Assembly (NCBI GenBank): GCA_038211855.1
Contig: JBBQVE010000006.1
Coordinates: 2,146 to 66,145 of the forward strand
From: Candidatus Saccharimonadales bacterium
GTDB lineage: Bacteria > Patescibacteriota > Saccharimonadia > Saccharimonadales > SZUA-47
Direction of reading: 5' to 3'
Length of the DNA stretch: 64,000 nt
This document shows positions 16,206 to 24,825 of this stretch, one piece after another. Made by a program: the position numbers and the translations under genes. Positions within the stretch are counted from its first letter, which is position 1. Every line of letters begins with the position of its first letter. A model generated the notes under the pieces. The model saw nothing but the letters and a program-made list of their open reading frames with translations, made no database searches and had not been told where the DNA came from.

Positions 16206-17870
16206 CTAGACCTGGTCTTGCGGAGCGTCGGTGGCTGGCTTGTCGTTTGGATTCAGATAGGGGTTATGGTGCGAGGTTTTTGGTTCGAAGTATGGCATGG
16301 TCATTGGCGGTGGCACTGGAGGTGGTGCGAGTGGATCTTCAGCGGGTGGCGCCACTGCAGCAAGCGGATCGCTATTGCTGCTCGTCGACTGCAAAATATC
16401 TGTCACACCTGTCATAACAGGAGCTGGTGGCGCAGCCGGAGTGGCTGGCGCATTAAGATCCATGCCGAGTGGCTGAGCGCCGAGTGACTGTACTGCTTCA
16501 GGGCGTGGTGGTGTATCGAGGTTCGCCGTCACCACTGCTTGGCGAGCGTCATCAAGTGGTTGTGGCGTATCTACCATTGACACGTGCGGACTGTCGATTT
16601 CTTGTTCGAGCTGCGCAAGAGTCTCTGGTGCGGACACTGGCGGTAGATCAAGCGCTGGCTCGCCAGAAGGCTGCGGCAAGAGTGGGTCTGGCATAGTCTG
16701 TCCTGGTAACGGATTAAGCACCGTATGGGCGGTATTAGTAAGGAAACTATTATTGGTGACTGGTTCTTCGGTGCCAGCAGCATCCTCGGCGAGGGCGTCT
16801 TTATCGTCCGCAAACTTTGCGGCTGCGTCAGCTTCGGCCTTTTCGGCAGCCTCTTTGGCGGCCTGCATCTCAGCTTGCCTCTTTAAGTTTCCGTCAGCAT
16901 CAATGTGAATTTCGTCTTCATCGACTTCTTCTGGTTCAGGTGTCCCATCGCCTACCCCAACCCCAATGCCTTCGTGTTCGTGCGGAATATCGATCTCACC
17001 GTCAGCTTTTTGCGGTTCTGGAGCTGTTTCTTCTGGTATTGTTGGTTCCGGGGCAACATCGGGGATATACGGGGCAACAGGTGCTAATTCTGGTTCGGGA
17101 GCTGGAGCTGGCGGTTCAGGTGGCGGTGGTGCGAGTTTCGCGGCAATCAATTGCTGATTAGCGCCAGCAGCCATCAGCTGAGCACTCATCGTCATCACCT
17201 TCGGACTCGTCTTCTCGTTACTGAATCGGTCAGTTTCGGCGACGATACCGGTCAGGAAGGAGGTCGACATCTGCGGATCGAGCAGACCGCTCTGGAAGGA
17301 CTCACTAATACTCACGAGCATTTCTGACAGTGAGCTAGCGGCTGGTTCGTTCCAGTTAATCGAGCCGACGTTACTGACTGCACTTCCCTTGCTGAGCGTC
17401 ATAACGACGGCATCGTGCAGAATGCGGCCGTGAGCAATGATTGCTTGATCAATTTCTTCTTTTGATAAGACGCCGAGCGCTACCACGACATCTACGTTGA
17501 AGTCACCGAGGCTGAATTGCAGGTCTTTTTCGCCGATAGCAGTGCGGTAAGGAGTGATAAAAATCCGAACGACTTCGTCTTCCACCTTATAGCGGAGTTT
17601 GTCAGCTTTGGATTTGTCGAGCGCAATAATAAAGTCCTGCAAAGAATCGGTAGTGGTTTCAATTGTTTTCTCAGGCTGCAAGAATTCGAGCGTCGAAGGA
17701 ACAACCCCACTAAAAACAGCGGTGGCATGTTTGCCAAGCTTGTTGAGCATCAGCGTGAATCCAATACAGGCTGCTAACTGATCAACACTTGGATTTGTGC
17801 TGACGGTCACTAAAATATTAGTCGCGGCTTTAATGCGCTCGACTACCTGTTGTTTTGGATTTTGTTCCAT
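16206..17870 (-). CDS. DHH-phosphoesterase-like protein with degenerate motifs and long Pro-rich C-terminal region
   Basis: The N-terminal ~230 aa resemble the NrnA/DHH fold (ILVTVSTNPSVDQLAACIGFTLMLNKLGK), but the DxD/DHH motifs are not intact. Residues ~236-554 are a Pro/Ala/Glu-rich low-complexity region. The position next to truB matches nrnA in other bacteria. Confidence 0.6.
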   Translation of the reverse strand: MEQNPKQQVVERIKAATNILVTVSTNPSVDQLAACIGFTLMLNKLGKHATAVFSGVVPSTLEFLQPEKTIETTTDSLQDFIIALDKSKADKLRYKVEDEVVRIFITPYRTAIGEKDLQFSLGDFNVDVVVALGVLSKEEIDQAIIAHGRILHDAVVMTLSKGSAVSNVGSINWNEPAASSLSEMLVSISESFQSGLLDPQMSTSFLTGIVAETDRFSNEKTSPKVMTMSAQLMAAGANQQLIAAKLAPPPPEPPAPAPEPELAPVAPYIPDVAPEPTIPEETAPEPQKADGEIDIPHEHEGIGVGVGDGTPEPEEVDEDEIHIDADGNLKRQAEMQAAKEAAEKAEADAAAKFADDKDALAEDAAGTEEPVTNNSFLTNTAHTVLNPLPGQTMPDPLLPQPSGEPALDLPPVSAPETLAQLEQEIDSPHVSMVDTPQPLDDARQAVVTANLDTPPRPEAVQSLGAQPLGMDLNAPATPAAPPAPVMTGVTDILQSTSSNSDPLAAVAPPAEDPLAPPPVPPPMTMPYFEPKTSHHNPYLNPNDKPATDAPQDQV

Positions 17871-17960
17871 TTTAGTTTGCCCGCTCGTTTTTTAGGTTTT
17901 GGTTTTGAGCACTATCTCTGTAGCAAACATACCATAACCATCATATATTGGCAAATACAT

Positions 17961-17989
17961 TTTACTTCTCATTCCCTTTCCGCTATAGT
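17961..17989 (+). promoter_or_regulatory. Putative rpsT promoter
   Basis: TTTACT, 17 nt, TATAGT. The downstream leader carries an AAGAGGA SD before the ATG at 18025. Confidence 0.45.
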
Positions 17990-18024
17990 TTTTTTTATAA
18001 CAGTAAAAACATAAGAGGAATAAG

Positions 18025-18405
18025 ATGCCAATTATCAAGTCAGCAAAGAAGCGCGTCAAGACCGCCCGTAAGGCGACTGCACGCAATGCCAAGACCAAGA
18101 AGGGCCTGCGTAGTGCGTTAAAGGCCTTCACCAGCAAAGTCACCAGCTCGAGCCATAAAAAAGCTCAAAGCTCTCTCGACAAAGCAGTTAAAAAAGGTGT
18201 GATGAGCAAGAACAAAGCATCTCGCCGCAAAAGCCAGCTTGCGAAGGCTGCAAAAGCAGCTGGTGTGAAGCACACTGCTGGAGCCAAGAAAGCTGCACCA
18301 GCTAAGAAAGTTGCTGCCAAAAAACCTGTTGCCAAAAAGGCTGCCCCTAAGAAGGTCGTCAAGAAGGCTCCTGCCAAAAAACCAGTGGCTAAAAAGAAGA
18401 AATAG
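18025..18405 (+). CDS. rpsT: 30S ribosomal protein S20 with Lys/Ala-rich C-terminal tail
   Basis: S20 core (MPIIKSAKKRVKTARKATARNAKTKKGLRSALK...) plus a ~40-aa AKKAAPAKK-type tail. Confidence 0.9.
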   Translation: MPIIKSAKKRVKTARKATARNAKTKKGLRSALKAFTSKVTSSSHKKAQSSLDKAVKKGVMSKNKASRRKSQLAKAAKAAGVKHTAGAKKAAPAKKVAAKKPVAKKAAPKKVVKKAPAKKPVAKKKK

Positions 18406-18420
18406 ATAGCTCGGGTGGTC

Positions 18421-18454
18421 AAAAAAACGATCGGGTCATACCGGTCGTTTTTTT
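18421..18454. terminator. Bidirectional intrinsic terminator
   Basis: AAAAAAA-CGATCGG-gtcata-CCGGTCG-TTTTTTT between convergent rpsT and the 18453 gene. One G-T wobble in the stem. Confidence 0.65.
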
Positions 18455-19712
18455 AGTTGCCACCACTCTGTATAGCTGCATGGAACATACTGACCGATCT
18501 CGTGAGTCCCGTAACGCTCTCAACCTGACCATATGAGGCATTATAAAGATGGGCAAACGAATCTGGTTGATATTTATACATCGCGGCCATTGCAACCGTT
18601 TCGGGAGGGTAATGCAGCCCTGGCTTTGCGATCACTGAATCACGCGAAAGATCCATGTTCGGAAAACCAAGCGCCTCTTGGGCCAGAAAGTTAACGACTC
18701 CTTCATTGACTCTGCGCCCCATACCAGCCACCATGAGGCCCGTTCTTGTACCATTAGGGCTTTGAGCCGAGCCGGAATGCGTCAGCTCGTGCTGCAAAGT
18801 GATGTCAACATCTTGTGCCTCACTGATGTTGCCATGATTGCCTCCAGAGTGAACCTGGACCCTTAAAGTGCCGCCGTAGTAGTCTGCAATCGAACCTGCC
18901 TCACCTATCAAAATACCTTTTATAAGATGATCATACGAACTGAAGCGCGTCCGTAAAATTTGCCCGAGAGCTCTTTCTTGCGCCACCCTACCCAGCCCCG
19001 TCTCTGGTGCAAACCGCTGTAGTTGTTCAGATGCTAAAGATTTGGCTCTATTAAGCTCACGACCATAGAGCTGTTCCTGATACGATTCAGAAAAGAGTGA
19101 GCGTCCCGCAAGGTACGTGCTCATGCTGTAAGCATTCCCCGTATCTTTTGCAAAATCAGCTACCAGCATATGCGTATTATTTTTCAGGATGGGATCACTC
19201 CCAAGCGTATGGAGCATCTGGTCGACGTTACGCCCATATTTGCCAACAAAGGCTGCATCAAGCTGACGAGCCCACGGTATGCCTGCATTCGTAAAGCCTT
19301 GCATATTGACAAGGAAATTCCAGCCTGCGTACGGCTGTGCCGATTCGTCTGAGAGAGCATTTTTCATAAAATTAGCAAAAGTCGTTGAGGTATCAGCAAT
19401 AGTCCTCAAATCTTCATCAGTAATACTTCCACGTGCTCCGCCGGCAATCTCTAGGATTCTAGCCCTCTTCTTACTCGTTAACATTGATACGTCTCTTACC
19501 CATGTTTCGCCCCTATCAAAACGAGTAGTGACTGCGTCAAAATCGGTGCGTTGTAACAACCCTTCCGCTATCTGAGGTGGGCTTGCTTGTTCGGGGTCGA
19601 TGCCGAGTCGACGGTCTACAATCCCTACGACTGCCGCACCTGCACCCTGCAGACGTGAATCTTGCTCTGTCCTTTCAAGCTGATACTGCGGCCAAATTAC
19701 TTCGGTAGACAT
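18453..19712 (-). CDS. Hypothetical zincin-like metallopeptidase (HExxH)
   Basis: HELTH at 18777-18791 is followed ~20 aa later by NEG, a gluzincin-like third ligand. No signal peptide. I place the start at ATG 19712 (MSTEV) from promoter geometry. Confidence 0.65.
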   Translation of the reverse strand: MSTEVIWPQYQLERTEQDSRLQGAGAAVVGIVDRRLGIDPEQASPPQIAEGLLQRTDFDAVTTRFDRGETWVRDVSMLTSKKRARILEIAGGARGSITDEDLRTIADTSTTFANFMKNALSDESAQPYAGWNFLVNMQGFTNAGIPWARQLDAAFVGKYGRNVDQMLHTLGSDPILKNNTHMLVADFAKDTGNAYSMSTYLAGRSLFSESYQEQLYGRELNRAKSLASEQLQRFAPETGLGRVAQERALGQILRTRFSSYDHLIKGILIGEAGSIADYYGGTLRVQVHSGGNHGNISEAQDVDITLQHELTHSGSAQSPNGTRTGLMVAGMGRRVNEGVVNFLAQEALGFPNMDLSRDSVIAKPGLHYPPETVAMAAMYKYQPDSFAHLYNASYGQVESVTGLTRSVSMFHAAIQSGGN

Positions 19713-19719
19713 GGTAAAT

Positions 19720-19748
19720 ATCATAGCATATTTTGTTAATTAACACAA
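19720..19748 (-). promoter_or_regulatory. Sigma70-like promoter (leaderless geometry)
   Basis: TTGTGT (19748-19743), 17 nt, TATGAT (19725-19720), then 7 nt to the ATG at 19712. Confidence 0.55.
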
Positions 19749-19751
19749 GCG

Positions 19752-20672
19752 TTATTGGGCGAGGCTAAGGATGTAGTTTTTCATCAGTTCGTCGGCGTCA
19801 ACAGCGGTGGTTTTGATGGCGTATTCGATGCTGGCCAGGTCGCTGACGTAGCTTTTGAGTTCGACAAGCGTCCGGCGGCCTGCGAGGCTGGCACTTTTTT
19901 GGGCAACATAGGGGCTGATGCCCGATTCGGCGGCGACTTCGCTGGAAGATTTGTTCCCCGCCGCTTTTATGAGGACCAACACATGTAATTGCCACACAAA
20001 TAGCGCTTCAATCGCCAGCGGGTCGACGTTTTGGGCGCGCTGATCCTCATACAGTGCCATCGCTCGTTTGAGATTGCCCGAAAAAGCTGCTTCGATCAGT
20101 TCAAACACGCTGCTGAGCGGTGCTTGGTCAGTGAGCAGTTCGATCACCTGCTTGGTCACGACCGGTTGATACAGCTGTAGCTTATCAAGTTCGCTGGAAA
20201 GTAGCTGCTGAACAGCTCCCACCCTGTTCACCAGATAATTTGCATCATTCAAAGATATATCCCCTCCTCGACTGCGGGCTACTTCGTGCAGCCATTTTGG
20301 CAGATCGCGGGCATCCGGTTCTGGATATTCCTGCAGTTTCGTCTCTTTTTTGAGGGTTTTATACAACACACTGCGCTTGTCGATTTTGGGTTCGACAATC
20401 AGCATATCGGTGGTGTCATCGACCGCCTTTAACAGTCCTGCAATCTGTTCACCAGCAGCTTTGTTGGCAGCCAACCCGCGGACGATCAGTAAGCGTTTTG
20501 GACTCAAAAATGGTAAAGCGCCAAACATATCGAAGACCTTGCGACTGTCCCACTCGGCAACATCAACGGTTTCCAGCGCCAGCGCGTCAAATTCCGCGAC
20601 GAATGCATCGCGCCGCTTATGTAACTCATCTAACAGCAAAAAACTGTTTGCACCCGTCAACGTCGTTATCAT
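19752..20672 (-). CDS. holA: DNA polymerase III delta subunit
   Basis: 306 aa. The N-terminal pattern (MITTLTGANSFLLLDELHKRRDAF...) and the helical C-half are typical of HolA. No sharp motif, so this rests on overall resemblance. Confidence 0.75.
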   Translation of the reverse strand: MITTLTGANSFLLLDELHKRRDAFVAEFDALALETVDVAEWDSRKVFDMFGALPFLSPKRLLIVRGLAANKAAGEQIAGLLKAVDDTTDMLIVEPKIDKRSVLYKTLKKETKLQEYPEPDARDLPKWLHEVARSRGGDISLNDANYLVNRVGAVQQLLSSELDKLQLYQPVVTKQVIELLTDQAPLSSVFELIEAAFSGNLKRAMALYEDQRAQNVDPLAIEALFVWQLHVLVLIKAAGNKSSSEVAAESGISPYVAQKSASLAGRRTLVELKSYVSDLASIEYAIKTTAVDADELMKNYILSLAQ

Positions 20673-20752
20673 GTGGAGCTATCATAGCATCCGCGCAGGC
20701 ACTCGTACTTCTTGACTGTAAGCAATCTCACGGACAACTCATCGGGGCGAGG

Positions 20753-20761
20753 TGGTATGCT
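20753..20761 (+). promoter_or_regulatory. Extended -10 promoter element (leaderless geometry)
   Basis: TGgTATGCT, then 8 nt to the ATG at 20770. Confidence 0.45.
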
Positions 20762-20769
20762 ACATGTAA

Positions 20770-22941
20770 ATGTCGAGTGTGATCATTGTCTCGAACCGTT
20801 TACCGGTTGCTGTTAAGAAGACCAACGGTACATTAGAATTTTCGCAAAGTGTTGGTGGGCTCTCAAACGCCCTTTCGACGTATGCGATGGAGTCGAGCAA
20901 TAAGTGGATCGGCTGGCCGGGTCTGCCAAGCGACGACCTGACTGAAGCTGATATGAAGACTATTTCGCGCAAGCTACGTGCCTATAACTGTTACCCGGTT
21001 TTCCTCACCAAGAAGCAGATTGACCTCTTTTATAATGGCTACAGCAACAGCATCTTGTGGCCGTTATTCCACAATCAACCAACAAAATTTGATCACTATG
21101 ACGCTTACTGGAAGGCCTACCGCGAGATTAACGCACTCTATACAGACGCGATATTGGCACTCAGTACAAGGCGCAACAACGTGTGGGTACATGACTATCA
21201 GCTATTGCTTGTCCCCGCCCTTCTGCGAGCTGAGAGGCCACATGATAACATCGGGCTGTTCATGCATATTCCGTTCCCCGATGCCAAATCATTTGGCAAG
21301 ATAAAACACGCCAAACAGCTGCTCGTGGGAATGCTTGGGGCTGATGTCGTTGGCTTTCATACCAGCGGCTATACCACCAACTTTCTTGACGCGGTGCAAG
21401 ACCAGGATGTCGGCGTTATCACCGAAAAAAACGTGCTGATCGAAGATCACGTGGCGCGGATTGCTGAGTTCCCGATTGGCATCGATTACGCTAAATCGAT
21501 TGAGTTGAGCGGTTCGGTTGCAGTGGAACGCGAGGCACGCGCCCATCGTCGTAAGTACGGCAAAATGAAGGTGATTCTGACGGTCGACCGACTTGATCCG
21601 ACCAAAGGCTTTATTGAGCGCCTGCAAGCGTACCGGACCTTCCTGCTGCAGAATCCGCAGCTCTACGGTAAAGTCGTCATGGTTATGCTAGCGACGCCGT
21701 CACGCACTGATATAGCCGCCTACAAGGCACTTCGTAAAAAAGTAGATTCGATGGTGGCTGAAATCAACGAAACATTTGGCGTCGCCGGCTGGCTGCCAGT
21801 CGATATAAAATACGAATCTCTCCCCTATGAGCGAGTCGTAGCACTTTATAAAATTGCTGATGTCGCGTTTATTACGCCACTACGCGATGGCATGAACCTG
21901 GTAGCCAAAGAATACGTTGCCGCTAAGCAGAACAAGAACGGCGTGTTGATTTTGAGCGAGACCGCCGGGGCCGCCGAAGAGCTGACGAATGCGATTCTAG
22001 TAAACCCAAAGCGGCGCTCAGCGATGGTTGATGCACTCGACAAAGCATTGAGTATGCCACAAATAGAACTTAAACGGAGACTCAAGACCATGCAGGTACA
22101 GCTGTCTAAAAACTCAGTCCAAAAATGGGCATCGACGTTTATGACGAGCCTACAGCGACCGTCTCAAAATAAGCTCTACCCGACCCGCACGGTTTCGAGT
22201 GCTGTCCGACAATTCATTCTTGATAACTATCATCAGGCTGAAAAACGCCAGATTTTCTTGGATTACGATGGGACACTCTCACCTTTCATTGATGATCCTG
22301 CGAAGTCTGCACCGTCAAAAGCATTGTATGAACTAATAAAAAAACTCACCGGAATTGCTGGCAATGAACTGGTGGTTGTCAGTGGTCGATCACGCGAGAA
22401 CCTTGAGTCATGGTTTGGCGATCTGCCAGTTACGATGGCGGCCGAACATGGCTCATACCTAAAAAAATCGAATGGCAAATGGGCTAAAAGACACCACACG
22501 ACTCCTGGTTGGAAGAAGTCGATCCGCAAGATGATGGAAATATATGCCGAGCGCACGCCTGGTGCTTTCGTAGAAGAAAAAGAAAACTCGCTGGTCTGGC
22601 ATTATCGTAAATCACCTTCGTATCATGCCCAGAAGAATATGGTGATTTTGAAGCAATTGTTGAATAAATCTCTGCGTGGCACCGACTTAAAAGTGCATAG
22701 TGGGCACAAAATCCTCGAAGTGAAGCCAAAAACCGCCAATAAAGGCGTCGCTGCTAGTGAGCTACTGGCAAACCATACCGATTTTATACTCTCGATTGGT
22801 GACGACTACACAGACGAAGATATGTTTGCGAGCTTGCCCGCCTACGCCTTCACCCTGAAGGTCGGCCCCGGCCGTACCAACGCCCGTTACCGCATCAAGA
22901 ATGTCGAAGAAGTCATCGCACTGCTCAAAAAACTCATCTAA
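20770..22941 (+). CDS. otsAB: Fused trehalose-6-phosphate synthase / trehalose-6-phosphate phosphatase
   Basis: GT20 N-domain (VIIVSNRLPV, HDYQLLLVPALLR, MLATPSRTDI). HAD phosphatase C-domain (IFLDYDGTLSPF, VVVSGRS, IGDDYTDEDMF). Confidence 0.9.
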   Translation: MSSVIIVSNRLPVAVKKTNGTLEFSQSVGGLSNALSTYAMESSNKWIGWPGLPSDDLTEADMKTISRKLRAYNCYPVFLTKKQIDLFYNGYSNSILWPLFHNQPTKFDHYDAYWKAYREINALYTDAILALSTRRNNVWVHDYQLLLVPALLRAERPHDNIGLFMHIPFPDAKSFGKIKHAKQLLVGMLGADVVGFHTSGYTTNFLDAVQDQDVGVITEKNVLIEDHVARIAEFPIGIDYAKSIELSGSVAVEREARAHRRKYGKMKVILTVDRLDPTKGFIERLQAYRTFLLQNPQLYGKVVMVMLATPSRTDIAAYKALRKKVDSMVAEINETFGVAGWLPVDIKYESLPYERVVALYKIADVAFITPLRDGMNLVAKEYVAAKQNKNGVLILSETAGAAEELTNAILVNPKRRSAMVDALDKALSMPQIELKRRLKTMQVQLSKNSVQKWASTFMTSLQRPSQNKLYPTRTVSSAVRQFILDNYHQAEKRQIFLDYDGTLSPFIDDPAKSAPSKALYELIKKLTGIAGNELVVVSGRSRENLESWFGDLPVTMAAEHGSYLKKSNGKWAKRHHTTPGWKKSIRKMMEIYAERTPGAFVEEKENSLVWHYRKSPSYHAQKNMVILKQLLNKSLRGTDLKVHSGHKILEVKPKTANKGVAASELLANHTDFILSIGDDYTDEDMFASLPAYAFTLKVGPGRTNARYRIKNVEEVIALLKKLI

Positions 22942-23816
22942 TTTTTGGGTTTTAGCTGGCAGATAGGACAGGTATGCGTGCCGCGACCGGCGACACGTGA
23001 TTTTTCGATGATGGCATCGGGATGCCGCGGACACGATTGGCCTTCACGCCGAAAGACGCGCGCAAAGCTCATGTAGCTGCCTTTTTTGCCTTCGGCGTTT
23101 ACGTAATTCTTATCTGTTGAACCGCCTTTTTCGATGGCCAGGCGCAAGACGTACTGCAGTGCCGTGAACAGCATTTTTAGCTTGGCTTTTGGCACATCTG
23201 CCACCTTCGTAGCCGGATGGATTTTGGCACCCCACAGGCTTTCGTCAGCATAGATATTACCAACACCTGCCAGCACCGTCTGATCTAAAAGTGCGGCCTT
23301 GATTGACGTCTTTGCCCGGCGCTTTAGTCTTTGTATAAAAATTGTGTCAGTGAATTCATCACTCAGCGGTTCAGGCCCGACTTTCTTGAAGAAATCAAGT
23401 TCCGGCACCTGAATTGTTGGCACCAATCGCATCCAGCCGAACTTACGCTGATCGTTAAAGTACAGATGACTGCCATCAGAAAAAGTTGTCGTGACCCTCG
23501 TTGATTTATCGGGTAAGCCAGCGATCAGGCTCTCACTAGGATGCCCCGCCCCAAACCGTTCTTTGCCGACAAACACCATTTGGCCTGTCATCTTCAAATG
23601 ACATACCAATGTGTAATTAGTGGATACATCGATTAATAAAACTTTTGCACGGCGGCGGACTTCCTTGATTCTGGCACCCAGTAAAAACGTATCAACATCG
23701 CCCTTGGCGTTTGGAAAACCTTTCGGCCAATCAAACTCGATCGTTTTAATAGTCTTTCCCGGCAACAGCCGTTGCAGCCCACTGCGGACTGTCTCTACCT
23801 CTGGAAGTTCTGGCAT
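22938..23816 (-). CDS. mutM: Formamidopyrimidine-DNA glycosylase
   Basis: N-terminal MPELPEVETV, H2TH region, and a C-terminal zinc finger reading CPRH...CPIC. Confidence 0.93.
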   Translation of the reverse strand: MPELPEVETVRSGLQRLLPGKTIKTIEFDWPKGFPNAKGDVDTFLLGARIKEVRRRAKVLLIDVSTNYTLVCHLKMTGQMVFVGKERFGAGHPSESLIAGLPDKSTRVTTTFSDGSHLYFNDQRKFGWMRLVPTIQVPELDFFKKVGPEPLSDEFTDTIFIQRLKRRAKTSIKAALLDQTVLAGVGNIYADESLWGAKIHPATKVADVPKAKLKMLFTALQYVLRLAIEKGGSTDKNYVNAEGKKGSYMSFARVFRREGQSCPRHPDAIIEKSRVAGRGTHTCPICQLKPKN

Positions 23817-23822
23817 GCACTT

Positions 23823-23851
23823 ATTGTACCAACTCTACGAAGCCAGTTTAA
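23823..23851 (-). promoter_or_regulatory. Putative mutM promoter (leaderless geometry)
   Basis: TTAAAC (23851-23846), 17 nt, TACAAT (23828-23823), then 6 nt to the ATG at 23816. Confidence 0.45.
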
Positions 23852-24002
23852 GAGGCGGACATTTACGCACTTTCGCATGCACAATATTCGTTAACTCCGG
23901 TAGTGACGGAAAGTCTAGGTGACCCGCCTTTAACTTTGCAAGTGTTTCGTATGACATTCCACTTACGCTACGCTCAATGGCCGCACAGGGTGTTAACCCA
24001 TC

Positions 24003-24746
24003 CTAAATACCTAGAATAAGATGAAATCTTACTGATTTGTCTGACTCTGCAATTGCTGCCACCACTGCTGGACCATCATGATTTGACCGCAAAAAATGTA
24101 ACTCTTTTGAATATTTATCCTTGTTTTTAAACACGTTCTTTACTACGTTAAGTCGTCGCATGGTACTGTCTAGCGGGTTCTTAATAAAGCCCGCCAATGA
24201 TTCAACAACAAATAGTGGTAATGATTTTGCCAAATCTTCATTCGATTGTTCGGCAAAACAGGCAGGATCGACTAGTACAATGTCTGTCACCTTCGTTGGT
24301 TCATTTGTACAATTAAGAATCTTCTTATACGCACGTAGTACTTCGGGGCATCCCATAGAATGACCCACTAAAATGATCTTACCAATGCCCGCAGCAACAG
24401 CGGCATTGTAGGTTTGCACAATATCATCAACATTGTCACCAATTTCATAGTTTGCATGATGGGTATGGCCAACGCCGATGCTTCTTTCGCCTTGCACTGC
24501 AAATTGTCTCTGTACGATTTTGTAGTCATTAGTAGTAGGCGAAACTTCCGATGTATAGCCACCGCATACCAAAAATGCCGTATCCGGATATAGAGGTTCG
24601 GATGGAACGGTTTCTATGAAATAACTATCCCTGCCGTTGCCGTGGTCAATAATTCCGCCGTATACCGCGGCTCCAAAAGATGTTTCTCGCAAAAATTCAG
24701 CATTCGGTAAGGTAGGTTGCAGTCTTTCAAGAAGTTCGACAGACAT
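24003..24746 (-). CDS. Alpha/beta-hydrolase (esterase/lipase-like), function unknown
   Basis: Nucleophile elbow LVGHSMGCP, with later Asp (LVDPA) and His (SNHDG) candidates. AT-richer than its neighbours by eye. Confidence 0.7.
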   Translation of the reverse strand: MSVELLERLQPTLPNAEFLRETSFGAAVYGGIIDHGNGRDSYFIETVPSEPLYPDTAFLVCGGYTSEVSPTTNDYKIVQRQFAVQGERSIGVGHTHHANYEIGDNVDDIVQTYNAAVAAGIGKIILVGHSMGCPEVLRAYKKILNCTNEPTKVTDIVLVDPACFAEQSNEDLAKSLPLFVVESLAGFIKNPLDSTMRRLNVVKNVFKNKDKYSKELHFLRSNHDGPAVVAAIAESDKSVRFHLILGI

Positions 24747-24825
24747 GGTGAACTTTTATGCTTTAGGTTACAAAGCACATTGTATGCCACAATCCGCTGT
24801 ATGCAAGCTACAATACAATATACAT

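Noticed and set aside
16300-17165. Repetitive-looking nucleotide stretch (also 18240-18400) considered as a tandem repeat or CRISPR-like array.
   Set aside because: The periodicity comes from Pro/Ala/Glu-rich and Lys/Ala-rich coding low complexity within intact ORFs. There are no repeat-spacer units of constant length.
23852-24002. Tested by eye as SRP (4.5S) RNA, 6S RNA or tmRNA.
   Set aside because: It lacks the SRP domain IV consensus (GGAA tetraloop helix with symmetric loops), a 6S central bubble architecture, and a tRNA-like/tag-ORF arrangement. It is left as an unexplained structured spacer.
24637-24825. N-terminal extension of the DciA-like ORF.
   Set aside because: It overlaps the start region of the alpha/beta-hydrolase gene on the other strand and has no family resemblance. 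The DUF721-like pattern begins at ATG 24826.
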